A stretch of 63,628 nt of DNA, filler included, from Pirum gemmata (taxonomy: Eukaryota): assembly GCA_002812295.1 (NCBI GenBank). It is 19 parts of 19 records of this genome, joined end to end, with 100 filler letters (N's around TTAATTAATTAA, not from the genome) between each part and the next. Parts side by side here need not be neighbours in the genome. Positions count along the whole stretch, not along the records: positions 13,284 to 16,517 come from PDIN01003135.1; positions 16,618 to 19,836 come from PDIN01003136.1; positions 19,937 to 23,095 come from PDIN01003137.1; positions 23,196 to 26,428 come from PDIN01003138.1; 15 more parts are not named here. One strand, given 5' to 3'. Of this stretch, positions 13,405-25,498 are shown one piece after another. The position numbers and the translations under genes were made by a program. Every line of letters begins with the position of its first letter. The first letter of the stretch is position 1. The notes beneath the pieces are model-generated. The model did no database searches, had not been told where the DNA came from, and saw only the letters and a list, made by a program, of their open reading frames with translations.

Positions 13405-15590
13405 CTAGCTAGCTAGCTATCGATAGCTAGTAGCTAGCTAGCAGTACCTGGCTAGCTTAGCTAGCTCTAGCCTCTAGGCACCTAATAATTTGAAAGCTAT
13501 TTCAAAATTCAAAGTTAGCTAGGCACCTAATAGACTAATTTGAAAGCTATTTCAAAATTCAAAGTTTCAAACGGGATGCTATTTAAATCTGACCAGTAGT
13601 AAGCTAAGTAAGTCAATATTGACTTTTCAAATATAGAAATGTGTGTTTTTGCTACTACTTTTAGGTATTTTGTTACCAAACATATATGATATCGATATGT
13701 AGCTTAGGTATATGAATAATATGATATTATTATGATTCACTATGATTCAGGCATACTCTATGATTATATAATAATTTATATATGATTATGATAATTTAGT
13801 TACTAGCTCTAGATAGTTTTTAGGTATAGTGACTAGCTAGCTAGACTATTATTAGGTGACTATTAGTTCTAGCTAGCTAGCTAGTCTACTAGTAGTGGGT
13901 ATTCTAGCTAGCTAGACTTAGTGCTAGACTCTACAGTGGGTAGACCAGGTCTATTAGCTAGCTAGTGGGTATTAGCAATTTACGAAAAAACCCACACAGT
14001 AATACTAACCTGCCTGTTACCTTTTTACTAGCTAGAGACTACTAGAGTGACTGGTCAGAGACTCAGAGTGACTGGTCAGAGTGACTGGTCAGAGTGACTG
14101 GCTACTAGAGCTAGAGCTAGTAGCTAGCTAGGGTACAGTCTAGCTAGCTAGGTACAGTCTAGCTAGTCTAGCTAGCTAGTAGCTAGTAGTAGTTAGCTGG
14201 TCTACTCACTGAGTCTACTCAATAGTCCTGGCTAGATAGTCCTGGCTAGCTAGCTAGCTAGTAGTAGCTCGATACGATAGGCTACGATAGGCCTAGCTAG
14301 CTAGCTAGCTAGCTAGAGGTAGTTACCGTTTAGTTAGTCTTTAGTAGACTGTAGTCTATCAATAGACTAATTCTAAATTTTCCTACTATTTTTACCCGTA
14401 CCGATAGGCTGATCCAATTTTAATAAAAGTACTACCAAATTTTGAGAAATAAGCTAGCTAAGAAAACTCTATTATGAACCAATGGCTATTTTTTAAAAAT
14501 AATTTGGCTGGTTAGCATTAAAGGTTTTTAGAAAAGAAGTCTAAAACAGTTTTATTGGCCGTTTAACCCCCCCTCCCCCCTCACTCCTAACTACGACCCT
14601 AACCCAAACTAACCCTAACTCTGACCCTAACCCTAACCCTAACCCTAACCCTAACCCTAACCCTAACCCTAACCCTAAAACCCTAACCCTAAACCCTAAC
14701 CCTAAGCCCTAAACCCTAACCCTACTAGCTAGCTAGCTAGTAGCCCTAACCTCAGGCCCTAACCTGGCAGCCCTGTTACCATTTATAGTAATTCCTAGTT
14801 ACTTTCTTACTATTACACATAACATTTTTACTTTAAATGGGAATTTGGTTTTCGAGTTTTTGTTCCTTTTCTATTATAAACTATGGCATATCTGATACCA
14901 TTTGATACTTTTGTGACCTTTTCTTTGTGGCAAAGAGACCCTGCAACTCGATGGAATAAATTGACAAAATATTACAAAATATTGCCAAAATAGTGCCAAA
15001 ATTCACTCTAAAATACTTCTAAAATACTCTCTAAACCATATTTTTTTTATATAAATTGAGTATAAATAGTCTATTTGAGGGGGCAGAATTACGCGCAAAA
15101 ATATTCTTCGAAAAAGCAACAAAATTTGTGGAAGAAACTGTGGAAGAGCTCCCATGATATCATATCATAAGTAGACTAAGTCTAGCTAGCCAGCTAGTAG
15201 TAGTAGTATCATAGTGGGTTTATTACAAATACCATGTGGTATTATCTCTAGCTAGCTAGCTAGCTAGGTGGTGTTATACAGTGGTATCATAGTGATCTAG
15301 AGTCAGGTGATAGTCTAGTCTATGATAGAGTATGCATATGATAGCTGATATAGTCTACTAGCTAGAGCTAGTAGCTACACTACTACTAGCTAGACTAGTA
15401 GTAGCCTAGCATAGCTATCAATAGCTCTAGCTAGCTAGCTAGCTAGCTAGTAGTATCGATAGAATCTGAGGCTCTATGACAGCTTAGCTAGCTAGCTAGA
15501 TGCGCTAACTGCCTAGCTAGCTAGGCTCTAGCTAGCTACTAGTAGGCTAACTGCCAGAGTAGCTACGATAGTAGTCTCAGATAGAAGTCT
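13405..15590. repeat. CTAG/AGCT-rich mosaic tract of short duplications, containing a family B copy and a CCCTAA array (14596-14724)
   Basis: Dense (CTAG)n, TAGTAG, TAGACTA and TAGTCTA words interleaved with 7-43-bp direct duplications. Confidence 0.8.
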
Positions 15591-16303
15591 CGGTGTTTTT
15601 GGCCCAGTTCTGTTCGATAAATCGGGCCATCAAGATTCAAGGCTTGTTTTTTTACGCTTCTCAAAAAACTGACGTCACTGATCGCTAAATATGTGTTACA
15701 ATTACGTCTTCATGAAGTCATCTTTTATTTCTGTGTTTGGATGTTTCAAAATCGCATGGAGCATTTTGAGTAGCGTGGATGTCTATTACTTAAAAAAAAA
15801 TCTGAACCTGACTGAGAATCTGAACTGAATCTGAACAGAAAATCTAAAACCAAAAACTTCATGATTTATAAATATTATTTATGTATATTATAATATATAT
15901 AGTCTATGTCAGTTCTTTTTGATAGATAAAAAAGAATATGGTAAAATAAAATCAAATTCTTAATTTCTATATATTTTGAATTTATCATAAGCAAACTAAA
16001 TTTGTTAACAACAAAATTTTAGTTGTTTTAACGTGTTTTCTTATTTTATTTTATTCTTTGTTTTGTTTTGATTTTTCTTTGGTTTCTTAGACATGTCTTC
16101 TCTTTCTGAAGCTGATAGTAATCTTCTAGTTAATGAGGTTCTTACCAAATAATATTGAATACCAGTAATAATAATAATAAATAATAATAATAATAATAAT
16201 AATAACAAGAACAATAATAACAACAATAACAATAACAACAACAACAACAATAATAATAACACTCACCAGTTGACATTTTGCTTTATCACATGTTGTCGAT
16301 TAG

Positions 16304-16504
16304 GTTTTGATGTATCCTCAGATAAGAGCGAGAAAATACAAAGCAGAACGGATTTAGTAAACGATGAATATTCCGGTTATGTAAAATTTTGTAAATTGTT
16401 TGTTGAACATGGGGCATCGTATGTTGGTGGTTGTTGTGGGTGTGGGCCAGACGGTATTGAGAAAATAATAGAACATTTCAAATCTATGAATCAAATGTCA
16501 ACTG
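16304..16504 (+). CDS. Exon encoding the C-terminus of a homocysteine S-methyltransferase-family domain
   Basis: TAG acceptor 16301-16303, GTGAGT donor at 16505; GFDV...DLVNDEYSGYVKFCKLFVEHGASYVGGCCGCGPDGIEKI contains the Zn-binding GA-x2-GGCC-x2-GP motif. Confidence 0.75.
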
Positions 16505-16617
16505 GTGAGTTTTATTANNNNNNNNNNNNNNNNNNNNNNNNNNNNNNNNNNNNNNNNNNNNTTAATTAATTAANNNNNNNNNNNNNNNNNNNNNNNNNNN
16601 NNNNNNNNNNNNNNNNN

Positions 16618-17172
16618 CCTAACCTTAACCCTAACCTTAATTAACCCTAATCCTAACCCTAACCCTAACCCTAACTCTAACTCTAACCCTAACTCTAACT
16701 CTAACCCTAACCCTAACCCTAACCCTAACCCTAACCCTAACCTTAACCCTAACCCTAATCCTAACTCTAACTCTAACTCTAACCCTAACTCTAACTCTAA
16801 CCCTATCTCTAACTCGAACCATAACCATAACCCAAAAGCTAACTATAACCCAAAAGCTAACTCTAACGCTAACCCTTAACCCTAACCTAATCCAATCTTC
16901 GCTAGCCCTAAACCTAAACCAAGCTCTAACTATAATTAAAACCCTAACCCTAACCCTAACCCTAACCCTAACCTTAACCCTAACCTTAACCCTAACCTTA
17001 ATTAACCCTAATCCGCCAACTCTAACGCTAACCCTTAACCCTAACCTAATCCAACCCTAGCTAGCCCTAATCCTAAACCTAGCCCTAATTATAATTAAAA
17101 CCCTAAACCTAATCCTAGCCCTAACCCTAACCCTTAATTAACCCCTAAGCCCTAATCCTAATCCTAATCCCA
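16618..17172. repeat. Degenerate telomere-type (CCCTAA)n array at scaffold start
   Basis: Direct reading. Other arrays at 19163-19243, 20325-20655, 22031-22131, 24510-24640, 27025-27098, 30714-30796, 54731-54843, 60061-60133 and 63594-63628. Confidence 0.9.
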
Positions 17173-17437
17173 ACTGGTACCCTACCTTCCAAGCAGGATA
17201 AAATTGCGACACTCAACCATATGAACCCTGTTCCTAACCCTAACCCTAACCTTATAGTATATTATTAATATATTATGTACTATTATGTATGTATATGTGT
17301 TTATAATAATATAAATTAAATAGTTATGATCTAAGATACCGAACTTCTTTTTTTTGACTATAATTATAATATACAGCAATAACAATAACAATAACAATAA
17401 CAATAACAACAAGAATAACAATAATAATAACAATAAC

Positions 17438-17479
<42 letters not shown>

Positions 17480-17939
17480 GTATTAATTATAACAATAAAA
17501 ATAACAATATATAACAATAACAATAACAATAATAAAAACAATAACAAAACAATTTCTCCAAATTTTATTATGCGTACCAAATTAATACAATATAAATCCA
17601 TATTATTTAATTTGGTGTATTTTAAAATCTAATTATTAATTTAAAAATATCAATTTAAATATTATAACCAACAAAATAAATATGCAGAGCGACAAAATAA
17701 ATGAAAAACACAATAATAATAATATATTAAAATCGATATTAGTCTAGTAGTTTATGTTATAAATACATATTATAAATAACCAAAAAAAGTAAATTTAGGA
17801 CTTTTTTCACCATTTTTAGTAATATAAAACCATAAAAATAAGACTTTCAAAGTTTGAAATCCGAAGCAGCGAAGACATCTGGATTTCCTTTTTTAAATAA
17901 TTATTACGCACTGGTAGATATATTATACTATAGCTAGCT

Positions 17940-18053
17940 AGTAGGGGTGAGATATCTACTGGAACTTTTTTCGAACAGATGCTTATCGAGCCAACGTTAG
18001 TTCCGTGTTCCTTACTAATAATAGCAGTTAAATAGCTTAAAATAGTAAATAAA
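17940..18053 (-). mobile_element. MITE family A, partial (cut by gap)
   Basis: AGTAGGGGTGAGATATCTACTGGAACTTTTTTCGAACAG... identical to the family A right end. Confidence 0.85.
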
Positions 18054-19103
18054 NNNNNNNNNNNNNNNNNNNNNNNNNNNNNNNNNNNNNNNNNNNNNNN
18101 NNNNNNNNNNNNNNNNNNNNNNNNNNNNNNNNNNNNNNNNNNNNNNNNNNNNNNNNNNNNNNNNNNNNNNNNNNNNNNNNNNNNNNNNNNNNNNNNNNNN
18201 NNTTTTTTTTTTTTTTTATAATAAAATTTAGAGAAAGACGCACCACAAAAAAAAAAAAAGAAATAACATGACACTTTCTGTGACTTTCTGTCGACACTTT
18301 ACTTTTAAAAATGAGCACAAAAAGAGTACAAAAAGTATCGATAGAATTGTTTATGATTGGGTTTTAAAAATCAACTTATCTACTAAGATCATTGTTTGAT
18401 TTTACTTGATTACATTGGTTATTATTTAATATATCTAATAATTAATGGGTAATTTTAATAGTGATATTATTTATGATTCGTTTATAAATTAACTAATCGT
18501 CATTTTCTAGTGATTGGAAGGTTTATATCCACCAATAATATAAAAAAATGCTTTTTGAAGGACCCCATGAAAGCCAATGACGATGGTGCTTCTAATTTGT
18601 TCTAAAAAAAACTGATAAAAAAACTGAAAAAAAAAAACTATCAAAGAAAAAAAAAAAAAAAAATATAATAAGAAAAAAAAAATGAAAAAAAAAAAAAAAA
18701 AAACAAAAAAAAACAACCAAAGAAAGAACTTCAGAAAGTTCAAACTTCAAAAGAACCAAAAAAACTCTAGTCCTAGTGGTAGTAAAAACATACCAAATTA
18801 TTATTATGGCTACACTATTAGAAAGTAGCTAGCAGTTGTCCTAGTAGTAAAAACATACCAAATTATTATTATGGCTACACTATTAGACATGTTTTAATTA
18901 ATTTGGTATTTTATAAGTAATGTTGTATTAGATTTTTTTATAAACAAAAACTCTAGACATACCAAATTCTTATTATGGCTACACTATTGGACATGTTTTA
19001 ATTAATTTAATATTTTATAACTAATGTTGTATTTTATAACCAAGTTCAACTATACAGTTAAACAGTACCAAATTATAGCTTTAGAACAGGCAGGGTAGCT
19101 AGC

Positions 19104-19290
19104 ACTACCTCGAATTTATTTCAATCAAGCCTGATTGAAGAATGAATCGAGCCAAGCTGAACTAACCCTAACCCTAACCCTAACCCTAACCCTAACCCTA
19201 ACCCTAACCCTAACCCTAACCCTAACCCTAACCCTAACCCTAATTCAGCTCGTTTCAGATCGTTTCAGATCGTTTCAGTTTTAAGGTAGT
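19104..19290. mobile_element. Small inverted-repeat-bounded element enclosing about 13 CCCTAA units
   Basis: Outer IR ACTACCT / AGGTAGT; inner IR AGCTGAACTA / TAATTCAGCT (9 of 10) directly flanking the array; 3x CGTTTCAG(A/T)T subterminal repeats. Confidence 0.45.
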
Positions 19291-19494
19291 ATCAAAATCG
19301 TACGATTTGCTGAGCCAGATCCCCAACTTTTGAATTATTGAGGTCGACTAACTAAAGGACTTGGTTAGATATTAAAAGGTTAAAAAAGGTTAGGACCATA
19401 CGAAAAGGGGTTGAGCTCGAGGACCTTGTTAGTATTAGAGTTAGGGTTTCCTACGGTATTTAGGGTTAACATTTGGGTTAGGATTTTAATTAAA

Positions 19495-19567
19495 AATATA
19501 TATATATAGTAAAAAATCACTCTTTTTCGCGGCGAAAAAGAGTGATTTTTTACTATATATATATATT
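19495..19567. repeat. Perfect palindrome, 36-bp arms, 1-nt spacer
   Basis: AATATATATATATAGTAAAAAATCACTCTTTTTCGC-G-GCGAAAAAGAGTGATTTTTTACTATATATATATATT, checked base by base. Confidence 0.9.
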
Positions 19568-19568
19568 A

Positions 19569-19746
19569 TCGTGCTTTTCATTTATTTTGTCACTCGGAAT
19601 ATTTATTTGGAGGGTTATAATTTTTAAATTGAAATTTTTAAATCAATATATAGATAATAAAATATACCAAATTAAATTAAATGGATTAATTTGGTACTAT
19701 TTATTGTATATTTTGTAATGACAAAACAACTAACTGCAAAGCACTA
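19569..19746 (+). mobile_element. MITE family C, ~180 bp, imperfect ~24-bp TIR, TA-flanked (Tc1/mariner-like)
   Basis: Left TCGTGCTTTTCATTTATTTTGTCA; family right end TGACAAAACAACTGAAAAGCACTA; TA on both sides here and at 28477 and 54544. Roughly 17 full or partial copies in the window. Confidence 0.8.
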
Positions 19747-20105
19747 TAATTTAATATTATAATTTTATTATAAATATTGTATATAATATTATTTTAAGTA
19801 TTATAATATTAATATTATATATAATTATATATTAATNNNNNNNNNNNNNNNNNNNNNNNNNNNNNNNNNNNNNNNNNNNNTTAATTAATTAANNNNNNNN
19901 NNNNNNNNNNNNNNNNNNNNNNNNNNNNNNNNNNNNTATTATTATTTATTATTATTTATGAAACATTTATTACAATTATCATTAAATCTTTATTATTATT
20001 TATTAGCATTATTATTATTTATTTATTTTTGTATTATTCAATTCCAACTCAATCTCTTATTATTATTACAACAATAGTGGTGAGATAACAGTCAGTAACA
20101 ACGAT

Positions 20106-20140
<35 letters not shown>

Positions 20141-20671
20141 ACAACAAACAACAAATAATTATTATTTTATACCATTTATAATATCATTAATATAATAATT
20201 TTCCATAATATTAAAAAATAGTCATTATTATTATAATTTATTCTTTATTATTATTTGTTAATAATAATTTTTTATTATTATTTTTTATTGTTTATTAATA
20301 ATAATTCTATATATTTGTATCACTAACCCTAAGCCCTAAGCCGAAGCCTAAGCCTAAGCCCTAAGCCTAAGCCCTAAGCCTAAGCCTAAGCCTAAGCCTA
20401 CCCCTAACCCTAACCCCTAACCCAAACCCTAGCCCCTAACCCTAACCCCTAACCCAAACCCTGACCCTAATCCTAACCCTAACCCCTAACAACCCTAACC
20501 CACATATATATACAAACCCTATGTTTAACCCTGGCCCTAATCCCTAACCCTTAACCCTAACCCCTAACCCTTAACCCTAACCCCTAACCCTAACCCCTAA
20601 CCCTAACCCCTGACCCTTAACCCCTGACCCTTAACCCTAACCCTAACCCTAACCCATTATATTTTTATTAG

Positions 20672-22222
20672 GAATATTTGATGATCTGGGGTTGGTAGAA
20701 GATAATAATTTGCTTTTAGATTCCGAAACTAAGTGCTCTAGTTATGCTTTTCAACTTGATAATGATGGTATTCTTACTAGGAAAAATGAAATCGAATTTA
20801 ATTATATTACTGAATGTGAAACTATTGATTTAAGTAATAATGCAATAATAGGATTTGATCAACATTGTTTTAAAAATTTAGAAAAGCTTGTACATATTAA
20901 TTTGTCAAGTAATAATTTAACTAATCTCACTCATTTAGGTTTTGTTAATTTATTTTTTCAAAAGGGTTCTAATATGAGAGTTATTAATTTAAGTAACAAT
21001 TATATTCAACATATTCAAAATATTACTTTTATTAATGGGAATTTGAATGATTTGGAAATGTTATTGTTAAATAATAATGTATTAGAAAAACTTGAAGATA
21101 ATGTATTTAGTAGTTTTATAAACGAAAATATGTTAATTGATATTACAAACAATAATATTGTTTGTTGTGATAATGTAAAAGAGTTAAATGCTTTAATACA
21201 AATGAACCAAACACTCCAATGTATATCAGGAGATGATAATGTAATTACAATTGAAAGGCAATCAAATGATAATTATGACATTTCTACAGTTTGTGTAACC
21301 CCAGCATTGTCATCTCAGGATTCTAATAATAATAATGATGTAGGTTTAATAGTGGGTTGTGTTATTGGTGCTTGTGTATTAATAATGGTTGGTGTTGTAA
21401 TATGTATTTACTTATATCGACGAAAATTAAAAGAAAAAGATCTGTTAGGTGGTAAGAGTGCTATGGACTTTGTACAAAACAGTCAAAATGTTAATGATTT
21501 TGGTTTTACTATTACTAATGAATATGATAATCTTAATGCTAATGTAGATGAATTTCAGAATAAGAATAATAATAAGATTAAAGGTGATGTTTATGATCAT
21601 GCTATTAATGAGCCGCATGACACAACTACCGGTACTGTTATATATGAAGAATGTGAACAGAATAATAGTAGTAAATTTAACCCTTATCCTAACAGTGTTA
21701 GTAATAGTAATATAATTAATGATATTTATAATGAATCTGATCAGCATAACAGTGGTAATCTGGATAGTAATATATATATAATTAACGAAAACTATAGTTC
21801 TGTTAAAAGTGAGTGTGTGGATGATGAACAACACGAATATAGTACCCCTAACCCTGACCCTAACCCTAATATAATTAACGAAAACTATTGTTCTGTTAAA
21901 AGTGAGTGTGTGGATGATGAACAACACGAATATAGTACCCCTAACCCTAACCTAACCTTAATATAATTAACGAAAACTATAGTTCTGTTAAAAGCGAGTG
22001 TGTGGATGATGAATAACACGAATATAGTACCCCTAACCCCTAACCCTAACCCTAACCCTAACCCTAACCCTAACCCTAACCCTAACCCTAACCCTAATCC
22101 CTAACCCTAACTTCAACTCTAACTCTAACCCTCTTGTTTCAGAACTAGAGTCATATGATTCTTTAATCCTACTATCAACAGAATCAAATCAAAAAAATGA
22201 ATATGTAAATGTTGGGGAATAA
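20672..22222 (+). CDS. LRR single-pass receptor with Tyr-motif-rich cytoplasmic tail; exon 20672-21808 (or to 21901) plus last exon 22143-22222; 5' exon(s) not identified
   Basis: TTAG acceptor ending 20671; LRRs (IDLSNNAI, INLSSNNL, INLSNNYI, LLLNNNVL), Cys cap NNIVCCD, TM VGLIVGCVIGACVLIMVGVVICIYLY then RRK. Phase-1 GTGAGT donors at 21809 and 21902 join CAG acceptor (22142) in frame: ...LESYDSL...EYVNVGE*. Confidence 0.8.
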
Positions 22223-22763
22223 TATTTCTTTTCATTTATTTTGTCACTCTGAATATTTATTTAGTGGTGGTTTAAAAATAAATAATTAAATAATAAACAT
22301 GCCAAATTATATAAAATGCATTTGTATTATGATTAATTTGGTACGTATTAATATACCATATACATTTAGTTTTTTAAATGAAGTTATATTAATTAATTGT
22401 GTCACATGTCATACACTAGCTAGCTAGCAACAAAATCAAAAGAAAAAAATGAATATGTATTAATAGATATTCGGGAGTAGTAAAATGATTTTGTTTCTTT
22501 TCATATATACATATTAATATACATATACATATACATATACATATGTACATATTATACATAACACACATAAATAAATAGAAGTCATATTATACGTATATGT
22601 ATACATCAAGGAGTTCAAAAGAAACATAACATATGGAGTGAGATTACTTATTAATGGAATAACATTTTTGGTAAAGTTGGTATTCAAAAATAAATCCACA
22701 TCGTTTTGGATCTTTAGTATTTTTTATAATGAATTGCTGTTCACTTAACCCCTTTATTAATAG

Positions 22764-22938
22764 TGTTCTGGCTGTCGTCCGGCGGCTCGAAGTATCCTCG
22801 AGCCGAGTTCGGTTCGTTATATAAATACTCGAGATATAGACCCGATAATATGTATGACCGGAGCTGGCCAGTTCGAGCCAGACCGAGTCTCTAAAGTTCG
22901 GAGTCCCAGCCAATGAGGATCCAATATGCCAGAAAACA
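22764..22938 (-). mobile_element. CpG-rich island with TG...CA ends; possible solo LTR or small TE
   Basis: GC/CpG-rich in AT-rich context; ends TGTTCTGGC / GCCAGAAAACA; on the minus strand ATTGG and TATTTATATAA inside and AATAAA just beyond. No TSD found. Confidence 0.3.
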
Positions 22939-23222
22939 TATCTTATTCAGTGAAGAGACCCTGCATGCTTGTTAGCTGTGATGACAGTTTTGTGATTGTG
23001 AAAAGTTTCATATATATGAGTCTTTGTTTTCTGAGACTGTCAAAAAGATAAGTTTTAAAATAACGAATTCGAATAAACTCCTTAAACCTTGATTTNNNNN
23101 NNNNNNNNNNNNNNNNNNNNNNNNNNNNNNNNNNNNNNNTTAATTAATTAANNNNNNNNNNNNNNNNNNNNNNNNNNNNNNNNNNNNNNNNNNNNTGTTG
23201 TTGTTGTTGTTGTTGTTGTACA

Positions 23223-23262
<40 letters not shown>

Positions 23263-23277
23263 CATTATTAATTATTA

Positions 23278-23308
<31 letters not shown>

Positions 23309-25142
23309 ATTATTATTATATTATTATTATTATTGTTATTATTGTCTATTATTGTTTATTATTATTATTATTTATTATTATTATTATTATTATTGTTGTT
23401 ATTATTATTGTTATTATTGTTATTATTGCTGTTATGATGTTGTAATTGTTGATTACAATGCATTATATCAATATTATTCTTTGTGGTAATCATTTAATAA
23501 AATGATATAAAAATAATGTTTATATATTATAACACTTTTATTTATTAAATTATAATATAGCAAAATGTTACCAAATAACAACAAATTTTAATCAAAATAA
23601 AATTACAATTAATTGAATTTATATTTTAACATAATATTATACTCGTATATGCGTTATTGTATATTTTAATTAACTTTCATGATGACAAATTTAAAAACAA
23701 CTAGAAAGCACAATATTAATAATAATATATATAAATGCTACAATATTAATATCCTTCCCATTTGTTGTAAGTAATATTATGGTCTGTATTAATAATAACA
23801 AATACTACTACATATACTAACCCTATCCCTATCTCTACGAGTTCCATAGGTAACCTAACCATAAACCTAACCCATCTAGCCTAACCCATGACCCTAACTC
23901 TAACCCTAACAGTACCTTATTCTCTTTTCTTTGGTCTCCTCCGCTTTAATTTTTACAATTAACTAATAAAGAATTTTTTTTTGATAAAGCTGAAAAAAGA
24001 GAAAAGCTATGTGCCACATGGCATGGAACTTTTTTTTTTTTTTTTTAGAACAAAATATTAAAAAAAATTGTCGCCATAGATTGTTTTTTATATTTTCTCT
24101 AACCACCCTATAGCTAACCAGTTAGCTAACCCCTAACCCAAACCCTAACTAACTTACCCTCCCTAACAGTTCCCTAACCCAATTCCTTCAAGAGTTATAA
24201 TATTATATTAATATATTATAATTATATAATATAACCACAAATAAAACTGCACAACTATGATAGTCTAGTTATTGTAGCGCTAACAGTGTGCTAGCTATTG
24301 ATATTATCCTCTCTTGTTGGTTATGATATTCAAATTGACTTAAAAAATAAATAAATAGATAATAAAATATACAAAATTAAGTAAAATGGATTTATATTGT
24401 ATTAATTTAGTACTCTTTTTTGTATATCTTATGAAGACAAACCAACTGAAAAGCACGATAATACATACTATACATACATCCAACTTCAAAAAATCTTTAA
24501 TTTTCTTAGAGTTAGGGTTAGGGTTAGGGTTAGGGTTAGGGACTGTTAGGGTTAGGGTTAGGGGTATGGGTTAGGGTTAGGGTTTTGGTTTTGGGTTAGG
24601 GGTTAGGGGTTAGGGTTAGGGGTTAGGGGTTAGGGGTTAAGAGTGGTTAGCCAAATTTTCCTGAGCTAAAATTCTAATATATGTGTGTATAATATTACAA
24701 ATGCCATCAACGCAATTAACTTTAGCATTCAAGTCATTCGATCGTTTATAAATGTATAGAAGTTATCATCGTTAATATTTTTCTTATAATGTTTGTAATA
24801 CCTACAGGAAATGATCATATTGTGTCAGTTTAATAATTAAGAAAAACATAATAATTTACTATGTTTTATTTTTATATTTAGTTATTCTTGTCTGATTATC
24901 TTTTTAAAAAAATGATATTAGTCAATTGGAAAAATAATTAATACTTTATTATTTAGAAAAACTAAAAAATGTATGGGTATTTTTTTTAAAAGCTATTTTT
25001 TAGTACTTGAGTCTTTTTGCTCTTGTTATTTTTGTGAGTTTTTGTAAAAAAATAAAATAGACAAATAAAAACTACTTTTGCTTTTTGATTGGCCACGTGC
25101 AAAAAACTAATACTAACGGAGCTATTTTATTAGAGGTTTAGC

Positions 25143-25181
<39 letters not shown>

Positions 25182-25227
25182 AGGCCAGGTCGGAATCGGA
25201 TAACTGTAGAAATCATATTTTTTAGAC

Positions 25228-25498
25228 AGTAGGGGTGAGATGACGTCATTTTTATTATTACCGAACAGCTGCCGGAACTTTTCCGATTTTTATGGTTTTT
25301 ATTACTATTATTCCTTTAATTGGTATCTATTATAATTAAATTTACCATTTTAAGCTATTCAACTGCTATTATTAGTAAAGAACACGGAACTAAGNTTTTA
25401 AGCTATTCAACTGCTATTATTAGTAAAGAACACGGAACTAAGGTTGGCTCGATAAGCATCTGTTCGAAAAAAGTTCCAGTAGATATCTCATCCCTACT
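25228..25498 (+). mobile_element. MITE family A nested inside a family B element, perfect 8-bp TSD TTTTAGAC
   Basis: TTTTAGAC|AGTAGGGG...TCCCTACT|TTTTAGAC; an uninterrupted B copy (9341-9365) has a single TTTTAGAC. The internal duplication around the single N is probably an assembly overlap. Confidence 0.9.

Noticed and set aside
25345..25445. Internal tandem duplication in the MITE A copy
   Set aside because: Split by a single N, typical of an unmerged contig overlap.
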